Positions 1 to 9,600 of a stretch of DNA of 64,000 bases are shown one piece after another. The notes beneath the pieces were generated by a model. The model had not been told where the DNA came from. It saw only the letters and a program-made list of their open reading frames with translations, and did no database searches. This DNA comes from a virus (taxonomy: Duplodnaviria > Caudoviricetes): positions 687 to 64,686 of IMG/VR virus record IMGVR_UViG_3300048582_000118. One strand, written 5' to 3'. Within the stretch, counting starts at the first letter, position 1. Each line of letters begins with the position of its first letter. Both the position numbers and the translations under genes were made by a program.

Positions 1-1
1 C

Positions 2-1105
2 ATCGGTGGAGTCGGCATATTAGTCCACAAATATATCGGCAGTGGCGACAGTGAAGATCCTGCTAAAATACAAGATGTATTATTCTTAGAGAATAGAGAC
101 AGAAGATACGACGACACCCTGTATGAACTACGGGCCCATTATACTCCGGAGGATGTAGAATACGACTTATCACAATTCGGCATATTCTTATCTAACGATA
201 CAATACGTTTCACGTTTCATTATAACGAAATGATGCGATTCTTAGGAAGAAAACTTATGAGTGGCGACGTAATAGAAATGCCTAATCAGAGAGACACAAC
301 GCTCGACGGTACTGCAATAAATGCATATTACGTGGTACAAGATTCATTGTATGCTGCTCCTGGGTACTCTGTTACGTGGAGGCCCCATCTTTGGAAAGTA
401 AGAGCGAAACAAATGCCAGCTAGCAGCGAATATCAAGACGTACTTGACAAAGCAGCAACAGGCGATAGTGCCGGTGGAGAAGGCGACGGCACCGGGCTGA
501 TGGCGCCGGGTTATAGCGACAATGTTACCGCGGACGGCGACATAGGGTTCGGTTGCAACCATGCAATCACCGATGCGTTAGACAGGTATTGCGAAATATT
601 AGGAATCACCGATCAAAATGTTGCTGAAGCAGCCCAGAATGTATTTTACGATCCAAAGTTCTTTGAATCGGCAAATCTCTGGGTTACTATGAGTCCAGAA
701 GGTTATCCGCTTATAGAATATTGGGCTAGTGGCGACGGGATTCCGCCGAACGGACAACCGTTAGCAGGGATCGGCGTTACATTTCCACCGGATATGAAAG
801 ACGGGGAATATTATCTCCGAGTAGATTATACCCCAGATAGATTATTCCAAAAACAAGGAAATGTTTTTAAACGAATAGAAGACGATCTACGCAGATGGTG
901 GACGCCTACTAATGTGCCGCTTGACGGGTATATTAACAACAACAATATGTCCACACTCGACGACGGAACGGTTATTAGGGAAAAGACCCCGATAAGCAAG
1001 GCAGTGTCGGCTAAAACAGATATATACGCCGCTGATAAAGCTGCTCAAACTAAAGCAGAAGAAAAAAGACAAAGAATTGCAAAAAGATTAGACGGGGCAC
1101 AGTGA
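2..1105 (+). CDS. gp14: Neck/head-completion protein, T4 gp14-like (5' end lies before the window)
   Basis: The frame is open from nt 2 (IGGVGILVHKYIG...IQDVLFLENRDRRYD...YDLSQFGIFLSND), upstream of the track ATG at 230. The motif and the position before a gp15-like gene fit a neck protein. Confidence 0.65.
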   Translation: MGGVGILVHKYIGSGDSEDPAKIQDVLFLENRDRRYDDTLYELRAHYTPEDVEYDLSQFGIFLSNDTIRFTFHYNEMMRFLGRKLMSGDVIEMPNQRDTTLDGTAINAYYVVQDSLYAAPGYSVTWRPHLWKVRAKQMPASSEYQDVLDKAATGDSAGGEGDGTGLMAPGYSDNVTADGDIGFGCNHAITDALDRYCEILGITDQNVAEAAQNVFYDPKFFESANLWVTMSPEGYPLIEYWASGDGIPPNGQPLAGIGVTFPPDMKDGEYYLRVDYTPDRLFQKQGNVFKRIEDDLRRWWTPTNVPLDGYINNNNMSTLDDGTVIREKTPISKAVSAKTDIYAADKAAQTKAEEKRQRIAKRLDGAQ

Positions 1106-1151
1106 GTAAAGAAAATAAAAGATTAAAGTCAATTAACGGAGGCAGTTAGTT

Positions 1152-2593
1152 ATGGATTTTTTTACGATAACCAGGTAAGACGGTACCTGGTACAGTTTAT
1201 GAGGATCTTTTCAAACTACAGCATACAGTCGGGTCCTAACGAAAACGGCACAGTAGTACAATCTCGTGTGCCTATCATATACGGCAACATGTCGTGGATG
1301 GCAGCACAAATTTTAAAAGGAGGAAGTCAAAACACTTCTCTTCCATCGCCCATGATGTCGGCGTGGATCGTTGAAATGAAAATAGCACCTGATCGCAGGC
1401 AAGATCCTGCATTTGAAAGCACCGTTAACGCAATAGAGCGAAATGTAGTAGGAAACGATTACGGAAAGCAAGTAGGAAACAGATACACAATCAACAGATA
1501 CATGCCTGTGCCTTATGATTTAACAATGCAGTTAGATATCTGGACAACAACAACGACTACTAAATTGCAAATATTAGAACAAATTTTAACCATTTTTAAC
1601 CCATCTATACAACTACAACAAAACGCTAACAAGTTAGATTGGACTTCTATATTTGAGGTGGAGTTAACGCAGGTTACTTGGTCTAACACCGGGGTTCCGC
1701 CGGGACCGGATCAGCCTCGCGAAGTTGCATCGTTGCAATTTAGAGTACCTATCTGGATTAATCCTCCTGCAAAAGTAAAAAGAATTAAGCTAATTGAAGA
1801 AATTGTAGTAAATATAAACTCAGTAAAAGATATCCAAGACGCCGAAATAGAAAGGCTTTTAGACCCGGCGGTAATAATGCATTCACCGCCTACACAATTA
1901 ATTGTTACACCAGGTATGCACCGTATTGCTGTAGGCATAGATGGTTTAGAAAAAAATGAAGTAATGTTGTTAACAAAATATGGTAATAAAGACCCTAATC
2001 TATCGTGGAAAAGTTTATTTGAAGAATACGGAAACATGGAATTAAATGAAACTATTTTAAGATTGAAATTAGATCCCGATATAGAAGTTTTTGATAACGA
2101 TGTATTGGGGGTAATATCTGTAGATCCTGCACTACCACAAAACATCGCCCGATTTGAAGTTGACATAGATACCCTTCCTAGTACTATCAGCAGCGGTCCG
2201 GTAAACGACATTATTAATCCGGGAAAAGTGTTCCCTGGGAGGGGGTTGCCGCAGGCTGCTGCTGGTCAAAGATACTTGCTTGTAAGTAATCTCACAAATG
2301 GAGAGGAACCGGCTATCCCAGTTAACACCGGTAGAAATCCTTGGGGAACAATCACAGCATACGAAAACGATATAATTGAATACACCGGTACAGAGTGGTT
2401 CGTAAGTTTTGATAGTACCACCGAAAATAAAAATCAGTATGTAATAAATTTACGCACTATGAATCATTATAAATTCACAGGTAACGACTGGGTGTTTACT
2501 TACCTAGGAGAATACTTCCCTGGTTATTTCCGTTTTGAGAATATACACACAAACGGATCGGGTACTGGAACCAGCCCTTCGGATTTTTGCTAA
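1152..2593 (+). CDS. gp15: Tail sheath stabilizer/tail terminator, T4 gp15-like with C-terminal extension; the start at 1152 needs a -1 shift in the T7 run
   Basis: Motifs RVPIIYG, MPVPYDLTMQLDIW and KLQILEQILTIFNP. SD GGAGG (1138-1142) precedes ATG 1152. The N-terminus MDFF-YDNQVRRYLVQFMRIF is split across frames 0/-1; the track ORF starts at 1199. Confidence 0.75.
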
Positions 2594-2601
2594 ATATTAC
2601 A

Positions 2602-3051
2602 ATGCAAACAACTACAATAAACCACGCTGAAAAGACTGGGGTAGGGACTATTTTCCTATGCTCGAGTACTGCCCGTGTTCTTTTAAATCTAAGAGCTCCA
2701 TATAAAACTTTCTCATTGTGCTGGTCGCTGTGGGGTGGAATGTCAGAAGGCAACGAGACCCCGAAAGAAACCTTACTTAGGGAGTTAAGCGAAGAAATGG
2801 GCACAGTACCGGACATCGAACGTTTTTATCCTTTTGACATTTACGAATCAAAGGATGGCAATTTTCGTTACTATACGTTTGTCTGTGTAGTTGATAAAGA
2901 ATTTACACCTGAGATAAACAAAGAAGCTGTAGGATATGCTTGGACTAAATTAGGTGTGTGGCCTAAACCAATGCACGCTGGCGCAAAGATATCTTTTTGC
3001 AATAAAAAGGCATTAGAAAAGATGCAAATGATACTAGATCAACATCAGTGA
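2602..3051 (+). CDS. NUDIX hydrolase
   Basis: Nudix box GGMSEGNETPKETLLRELSEEMG; likely start ATG 2602. Confidence 0.85.
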   Translation: MQTTTINHAEKTGVGTIFLCSSTARVLLNLRAPYKTFSLCWSLWGGMSEGNETPKETLLRELSEEMGTVPDIERFYPFDIYESKDGNFRYYTFVCVVDKEFTPEINKEAVGYAWTKLGVWPKPMHAGAKISFCNKKALEKMQMILDQHQ

Positions 3052-3065
3052 CGCTAAATATATGT

Positions 3066-3602
3066 ATGACAGCGAAAATCATACAATTTACACATGCTAA
3101 ACTTTCGCGGGAAATACAACAACATATTGCCCGCTCGCGTCAACTTCACCAATCATTATACGCCCAAGATAGTTACGCCGACACGTTCTACGAAGAAAAA
3201 GAATGCTTTAAAGAAGAATTTAACAAAGGTTACAACACCCTTGTAACAAATTTACGAACTAAGAGTGCTAAATATAAATTCCCAACTGTTATGAGTGGTT
3301 ACAGAAAAGACATAAATCCAGTTGATGCACTTTATCAAAATTTGCAAGAAGCACTATTTTGTTTCGATAAAAACAATAAGTTCTACTTATGGATAATTTC
3401 TTTATTTAGAAACGAAGAATGGCTAGATGACTTGTTAGCTGATCTGCACTACGACTGTGTAGTGATATCTAGATTTCAGAAAGACAACTATAAAAATAAG
3501 TACAATGTCGGAATTAACGAATTGCATGTCCTGCAAAACATTAAGTCCAACTTTGCACATTATAAAAAAACATTCGCGATGATGAGAGATTACACTATTT
3601 AA
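3066..3602 (+). CDS. Hypothetical protein
   Basis: Open frame (track 3048..3602); ATG 3066 follows a TAAATA motif; no recognised domain. Confidence 0.65.
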   Translation: MTAKIIQFTHAKLSREIQQHIARSRQLHQSLYAQDSYADTFYEEKECFKEEFNKGYNTLVTNLRTKSAKYKFPTVMSGYRKDINPVDALYQNLQEALFCFDKNNKFYLWIISLFRNEEWLDDLLADLHYDCVVISRFQKDNYKNKYNVGINELHVLQNIKSNFAHYKKTFAMMRDYTI

Positions 3603-5355
3603 TTGATAGTGTAGTTGCACTAACATCCCCATTTACGATCATTGACACGCCGGGATTACCCGATGTCTCTTTGCATGTGAAAACAACGGTGCTTCCTTCT
3701 GCAATTCCCCAGCTTGCGTTAACTAAGGCAGTCTCTGTATAATTTAAAACAGACGATATCCCGTTCCATTGTTTGGAATATTTCTGAACACCGTCGACCT
3801 TAACCTCGACTAAACAACTAGACGCAAAGTTGGACGATAACATTACGTTGTATGTCATTTGCCCGTCAGTAATTGCAGTTACTGGAGGAGAAATTGTAAT
3901 GACATCGGTGACAACACCCGATTCGAGGGTTACGCGAGAAGTATTAGTACCTTCGATGCCTCCGGAACCGGATGACGGGATACCAGGAACAATATCACTA
4001 AACACAAGCTCTGATCGAGCAGTGCTACCCATTATCATTGTCGTAATACTTCCGTTGCTTATAGAACCGTATACAATTACGGTAGAATCAGCGTTAACCT
4101 GCCACGACTCGTCGACTGGTATTGTAAATTCTAACCGTTGCGAGGATAACAGCGGGGCTGAGGATGCAGAATATCGTTGTATGCCGTCAACAGTTATAGA
4201 TAAATCTAAAGGAACCGAAGCGTCGGAAGTTACGTTAAATGCTAAATTAGCCGTTGCCGATATGAATCCATCGGCAGTATCATTGTCCCATGTTAACCCA
4301 AACGCAGTCGGTGTAGTTAATACCCGAACATCGCTTGTACTAGCAACCCCAATAACTTCAACCGGTTCGCCTTCTACAATATTAGTAATTGCTAACGTTG
4401 ACGATTGTACATCTCCCTTAACTTCGATGTTTACAGCACCTGAAATTTCTCTGAATAAAATAACTATAGAAGATCCTAACCTAATATCCCAGGAGCTATC
4501 TATTAATATATCTTGAGTCACAAGCTGATCTTGATAAAATGACGGAGTAACAGCAGAATGCTTAACTATTCCGTCGACTGTTACCTCTACTTCAGCTACG
4601 GTAGAGGTACTAGAATTAGCTAACATCCTGTATGACAATAACCCCGATGCAACATTAGCTTGAGACACAAGCTGGAGGCCGATCGGTTCAAACGTATTAG
4701 TAATTACTCGTCTAGTAGTATCATTATCGAACATCTCGTTAACTGCGTCGGCGGGCGTATCTTTACGATAAACTTCTTTTGCTAACCAAGAAATGCCGTT
4801 ATCAATAGACGTTAGATTTATCGTCGATGTCCCATTCGGATTCAAAGGTATTTGAACCGATCTGTTATCCGCCCACGATACTCGAGTATCTGAAGAAAAC
4901 GTTACTTTGTGAAATCCTACTTGATCTTGCTGCAAAGTTAAATTAACAGATATAACTGGCATATTAACTGATACACTCTGCATCTGAATCGAAGTGTCAC
5001 TTGCTATAGTTAAGATCCATGTATTAGAAGATACAGGATCAATAATCTGAGTGTCGGCTACGGTTGCAGATGTTACCGAAGTACTGATGTACCCGAGCGA
5101 CGACTTAACGCCGATTAAACTTGCGCCTGACGACAATGACGACAAATAAATAGCTGCGTCTGCTGCTGGTAACACTTCGGTACCATTGCTGACTGTAAAA
5201 TCCCCCGATGCTACTTTTGCTGCAAATGCAGGGTCGCTCGACAAGGTGTCTACTGCAAAAGAAGTGTATTCTTGGGTGGCACCTGGTCTTATTTGTGCGC
5301 CAATAATAAGAACATCTTCGGCGGTGTTATTTGTTATTAAAATTCTATTACTCAT
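3595..5355 (-). CDS. Putative virion fibre-associated protein with three tandem beta-rich domains
   Basis: ATG 5355 overlaps the upstream stop (ATGA) and has a GGAG SD. Three copies of (T/K)VDG...SW...S(S/T)(I/V)(I/V)...G are present. Confidence 0.6.
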   Translation of the reverse strand: MSNRILITNNTAEDVLIIGAQIRPGATQEYTSFAVDTLSSDPAFAAKVASGDFTVSNGTEVLPAADAAIYLSSLSSGASLIGVKSSLGYISTSVTSATVADTQIIDPVSSNTWILTIASDTSIQMQSVSVNMPVISVNLTLQQDQVGFHKVTFSSDTRVSWADNRSVQIPLNPNGTSTINLTSIDNGISWLAKEVYRKDTPADAVNEMFDNDTTRRVITNTFEPIGLQLVSQANVASGLLSYRMLANSSTSTVAEVEVTVDGIVKHSAVTPSFYQDQLVTQDILIDSSWDIRLGSSIVILFREISGAVNIEVKGDVQSSTLAITNIVEGEPVEVIGVASTSDVRVLTTPTAFGLTWDNDTADGFISATANLAFNVTSDASVPLDLSITVDGIQRYSASSAPLLSSQRLEFTIPVDESWQVNADSTVIVYGSISNGSITTMIMGSTARSELVFSDIVPGIPSSGSGGIEGTNTSRVTLESGVVTDVITISPPVTAITDGQMTYNVMLSSNFASSCLVEVKVDGVQKYSKQWNGISSVLNYTETALVNASWGIAEGSTVVFTCKETSGNPGVSMIVNGDVSATTLSIK

Positions 5356-5936
5356 ATCGGTCTCCACCCTGTGTAAGGATCAAATGCATCAATTTCTTCT
5401 TCTGTTGTAAGAGAATCTAATTCGTCTGATTTTGCAAAATAATCCTGCCTAACCATTTCTCGAGTACGTTGAAAACGTGCATGGAAATTCATAAGCTCAG
5501 CAGCCGTTAAAGACTGCATTTGTAGATCTGTTGTAATAATGTCAATTTTATTACTTTCGGTAATTGCATCAACTGGAACCCCGGTTACAATTGCAAGCAC
5601 TTTATCCACTACGATTGTTGTACTAAATGACGATGCATTATACAATTCGCCTTCGGTGAGATCATTTCCGTTCGGAGCATAGTGGAAGTCACCGGCTAAC
5701 TGTTGGCTGCGATACGTTTCTAAATCTACATTTTTAATATCGCGCTTCCATGCAATCCTATCGGCTGTTATTAAAACCCCTTCTTCCGGTATAATCCAGT
5801 ACATAGTCGGTATTTGCTCATTGTCATTAATGACTAAAGAAGTATCCGGATTAATTAACCAAGGTGGATCGGTAAAATCCGGCGTGTTTACGCTCGGAAA
5901 ATATACTTTTGTGATTCTATTAACTACGCTTGCCAT
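5352..5936 (-). CDS. Putative fibre assembly chaperone (DUF4376-like C-terminus)
   Basis: 194 aa in a fibre operon; helical C-terminus ...ELDSLTTEEEIDAFDPYTGW typical of tail-fibre chaperones. Confidence 0.45.
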   Translation of the reverse strand: MASVVNRITKVYFPSVNTPDFTDPPWLINPDTSLVINDNEQIPTMYWIIPEEGVLITADRIAWKRDIKNVDLETYRSQQLAGDFHYAPNGNDLTEGELYNASSFSTTIVVDKVLAIVTGVPVDAITESNKIDIITTDLQMQSLTAAELMNFHARFQRTREMVRQDYFAKSDELDSLTTEEEIDAFDPYTGWRPI

Positions 5937-5938
5937 AT

Positions 5939-6634
5939 TTAAGTTCCTGATAGCCGTGATTTAGTGAAAGTCCGATAGGAAGATACCCATATCGGCGATG
6001 CAGTGTTTGTTTTTCCGTTATATCTATTCGGACTGTAATCCCTAACTGTCCCGTTTAGGGTAGGTGATATTGTGCCATTTTCCGGAGCTTCGTTTAGTTG
6101 ATACCACGCCACTAGACCATCGTACAGACAATCCATACCAGCGGCTTCGTTGTACATCTCTACTTCTTTTTGAGAAAAAGCCCTGTTGTAAATTCTTACA
6201 TCTTCAACTAGGCCGTCATAAGGCCAAGTAGTACCACCATTCCAGCCGCCGAGTGCAAAAATACGAGAAGAGTTAGTTCGCACTGGACCTGTGTAGTTAG
6301 CTGATTCGGTTAATGCGCCGTTGATCCACAACTGAAGTTGAGACCCGGTATACACTGCGCATAACGTCGTAGAATCTTGCGAAATACCGCCGGAGGTAGA
6401 TAAGGCGCGAACTGTGCCATTTATATTTAATCGTACGTTAATCTTTTTCCCGTTGCTGATGTGTATGCCAAAGTCTCCCGAACCTACGGATGTTCCGGAG
6501 GTTTGACTCATTATGTATGCATTAGAAGTACTCAATGCCTGAACCGTACACATAAAAGAACACGCACTTAATCCATTTAGGGGAATGTTAGTGGTTGCTA
6601 TAAGTTGATTAGCTCCGGTGAAGTTAACTGCCAT
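5939..6634 (-). CDS. LamG/concanavalin A-like lectin domain protein
   Basis: LCAVYTGSQLQLWING...ALGG...YDGLVEDVRIYNRAFSQKEV and GLVAWYQLNE motifs of the Laminin_G_3 family. Confidence 0.8.
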   Translation of the reverse strand: MAVNFTGANQLIATTNIPLNGLSACSFMCTVQALSTSNAYIMSQTSGTSVGSGDFGIHISNGKKINVRLNINGTVRALSTSGGISQDSTTLCAVYTGSQLQLWINGALTESANYTGPVRTNSSRIFALGGWNGGTTWPYDGLVEDVRIYNRAFSQKEVEMYNEAAGMDCLYDGLVAWYQLNEAPENGTISPTLNGTVRDYSPNRYNGKTNTASPIWVSSYRTFTKSRLSGT

Positions 6635-9600
6635 TATATAAATCCTATGCCAAGTTCTATCAAATTAAAGTCACCCACTAATGTATCTCCTGCTATTGCG
6701 GCATCTCGAGCTAATTCAAAATTATACAGTGTTCCGGCAATTAAATTTGCTGTAGTTAACGCATAAGTAAACGTATACTTAGTATAGTTTGCAGTTCCGT
6801 TAATAACGCAAGGAATACTAGTAACGGAATTTCCCCAAGCCGGCACAGCGGTGCCGTTAGGTACCGCACGGCTATATAATCTCATTATTGCAGTAGTGGT
6901 TGCAGCAGAAGACGCCCTCCCTGTTATCGATAATTGTATAGAAGTGGCGGCTGCTGGTATCGATACCATGAACCCGACACCTTCCGGAGTAGTATCGTCG
7001 AACGCTCTTCGTATTAACGAATTAAAACTTGCATCGGGCGACAATGACGCAAACGTAGCGACTGGCCAATCACTATTATTAGGTGATTGAAACATATCTG
7101 CATAGTAGGTAATAGATGAATTCACAAGGCCGGCGCCGACTGACCCAGGGCGCCATTGTCCTGCTGCTTGGTTCCACACTAAACCTTGACCGGTAGTCGG
7201 GGCAATAGTTGCAGTGTCAACATCGTTAAGCGCATTGATCGAAAACGCACTAATACCTGTGATAAACCCAGCATTATTATTAAGTAAAGTAATGTTGCTG
7301 CCAGATTGCAAGGCGGTGTCTGCTTTAGTACCTTGTGCTGCTGTTGCAAAACTTGCGCTATTGAACGCACTACTTGCCACTGTTCCGCCTGTAGCCTGTA
7401 CAGTAAAGTTACCGTTGGTACCACCGGAAATTGTACTAATTTTGCCGGTATTTAGCGTGTTCAACGCTGCTGTAACAGTAGTACCGACAACAGCCGACGA
7501 GTTAGTAATTAACGTCGAGTTATAATCCCCGGATGTTGCAACTACTGCACCGGTACGAGTGAATACGCTAGTTACCGCGCTTGCTGGGGTACTGTTTATC
7601 CATTTACTAGTAGCATTATCGTAAGATAATACTTGCCCTTGCGCAGGCGTAGTAATAGTGGTATCTGTCAACGAGGTTAATGTGCCGGCTGTTGCTACAC
7701 TTGCAAGGCCGGTAATGGACGACGATGCTATAGTTGTAGAATATGTTACCTGGGTGCCGCCGGCGTTCCATCGTAGATATCCGTTACCTACAGCAGGTGT
7801 TGCAGTATCGCTAAGTCCCAATAGTGTAAAGCTACTATTAGTAGGAATAGTCGGTGTGCCAGTTAAATCGGTATATGCACCGGTTGTGGCTACTGTTGCA
7901 AGCCCTGTAATTTTAGCTGTCGGGATAGTAGCTGCATATACAACTTCTGTTCCGGTTGCATTCCACAATAAGTATCCGCTGTTAACTACAGTATCGTTAG
8001 TGTCACTTAGTCCTAAAAACGAATAAGCAGACGACGTAGGTTTGTTAGACAAGTCGTTGAAATTACCGCTTGTTGCTACTGTTGCAAGACCGGTTACGTT
8101 AGCAGCCGCAATTGCAGTTTCGTATACAACCGAAGTGCCGGTGCTGTTCCATCTTAGGTAGCCGCTGTTGACCGCTGTTGCAGTAGTGTCGCTCAAACCT
8201 TTTAATGTAAACGTGCTATTAGTAGGGATGGTCGGCTGGTTGATTAAATCATTGTAGCTACCACTTGTCGCCACTGTTGCGAGACCGGTAACAGATGCCA
8301 CTGGAATTGTAGCCGAGTATGTAACTTGTGTGCCGGTTCCGTTCCATCTTAAGTACCCGTTGTTTACAGCGGGCGTTGCAGTGTCGCTTAATCCCAGTAA
8401 TGTAAAGCTGCTGTTAGTAGGAATAGTCGGTGTCCCAGTTAAATCAGTGTATGCCCCGGTTGTTGCTACTGTTGCGAATCCAGTCACTGCGGTCGACGGA
8501 ATTGTAGCCGAGTAAGTTACTGATGTTCCGCCAGCATTCCATCTTAGATAGCCGCTGTTTACTACGGTGTTGTCGGTGTCGCTTAATCCAACGAAGCTAA
8601 AGCTGTTGTTAGTAGGAATAGTAGGCTGATTGATTAAATCGGTGTAGCTACCGCTTGTTGCTACTGGTGCTAGTCCTGTGATTACTGTTGTCGGAATCGT
8701 AGTAACGTAAGTCACTAATGTTCCGCCAGCATTCCATCTTAGATAACCATTGCCCACGGCAGGCGTTGCAGTGTCGCTTAATCCTAATAATGCGAAGCTG
8801 CTGTTAGTAGGAATAGTAGGCTTGTTGGACAAACTGTTGTAGTTTACAACTTTGTTTACCCACACTGTTCCGTTATACACTAACGCCTGATCATTAACAG
8901 GTGCAGTAATAGTGACGCCGCCGATGGTGTTTATCGTCGGCACTACTTCGTTGGAGTTAATCCATGCGGTTCCATTGTATCTTAGAATTTGATCAAGCGT
9001 CGGGGCAGATATGCTTACATCAGTTAAGCTACCGAGCGTAGACGGTATTGCTGGAGTGTTTATTAAATCAGCATAATCGCCGGTGGTCGCCACTGTCGCA
9101 AGCGGAACATCTTGTATAGTAAGATCGCCGGTGATATTAACAACCCCCGTCGGGCTTATAGTTAAACGAGGCTGACTGTCCGTAGAGAATGCAACAAGAT
9201 CTTGCGACGGACTATACATGCCGTAAGTGGCAACTGGATACTGTGCACCGGAGTTTGCAAACCCGTATGCAGGTGTTGCCGGGGAACTGTTGTTAGCAAA
9301 TATTCTACCTGTATTTACACCTACCGATCTACCGTTGTTTACTATTGCAAACGTAGGTATGCCGCCGGACACAGTGTTTGTTGCAAGCTCCATGTTAACG
9401 AAATCAGTGAATATAGATTTATTAATATCGAATTGACTATCTGTTACTACTAATCTACCGGCATTCGACGTTCTCTTTAAGTCGATGGTATTGTTTAGAA
9501 TAGCAGTAGCAGTAATAGCTAAATTACCGCTGCCGGTTGTTTCGCCGGCAACAGCGCAATTCCATATAGTGGACTCGCCTATGCGTAATTTACCGTTGCC

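Noticed and set aside
1102-1149. 15-codon GTG mini-ORF between the gp14- and gp15-like genes
   Set aside because: Too short to support, and it is in neither frame of the gp15-like gene; it could aid translational coupling but there is no evidence.
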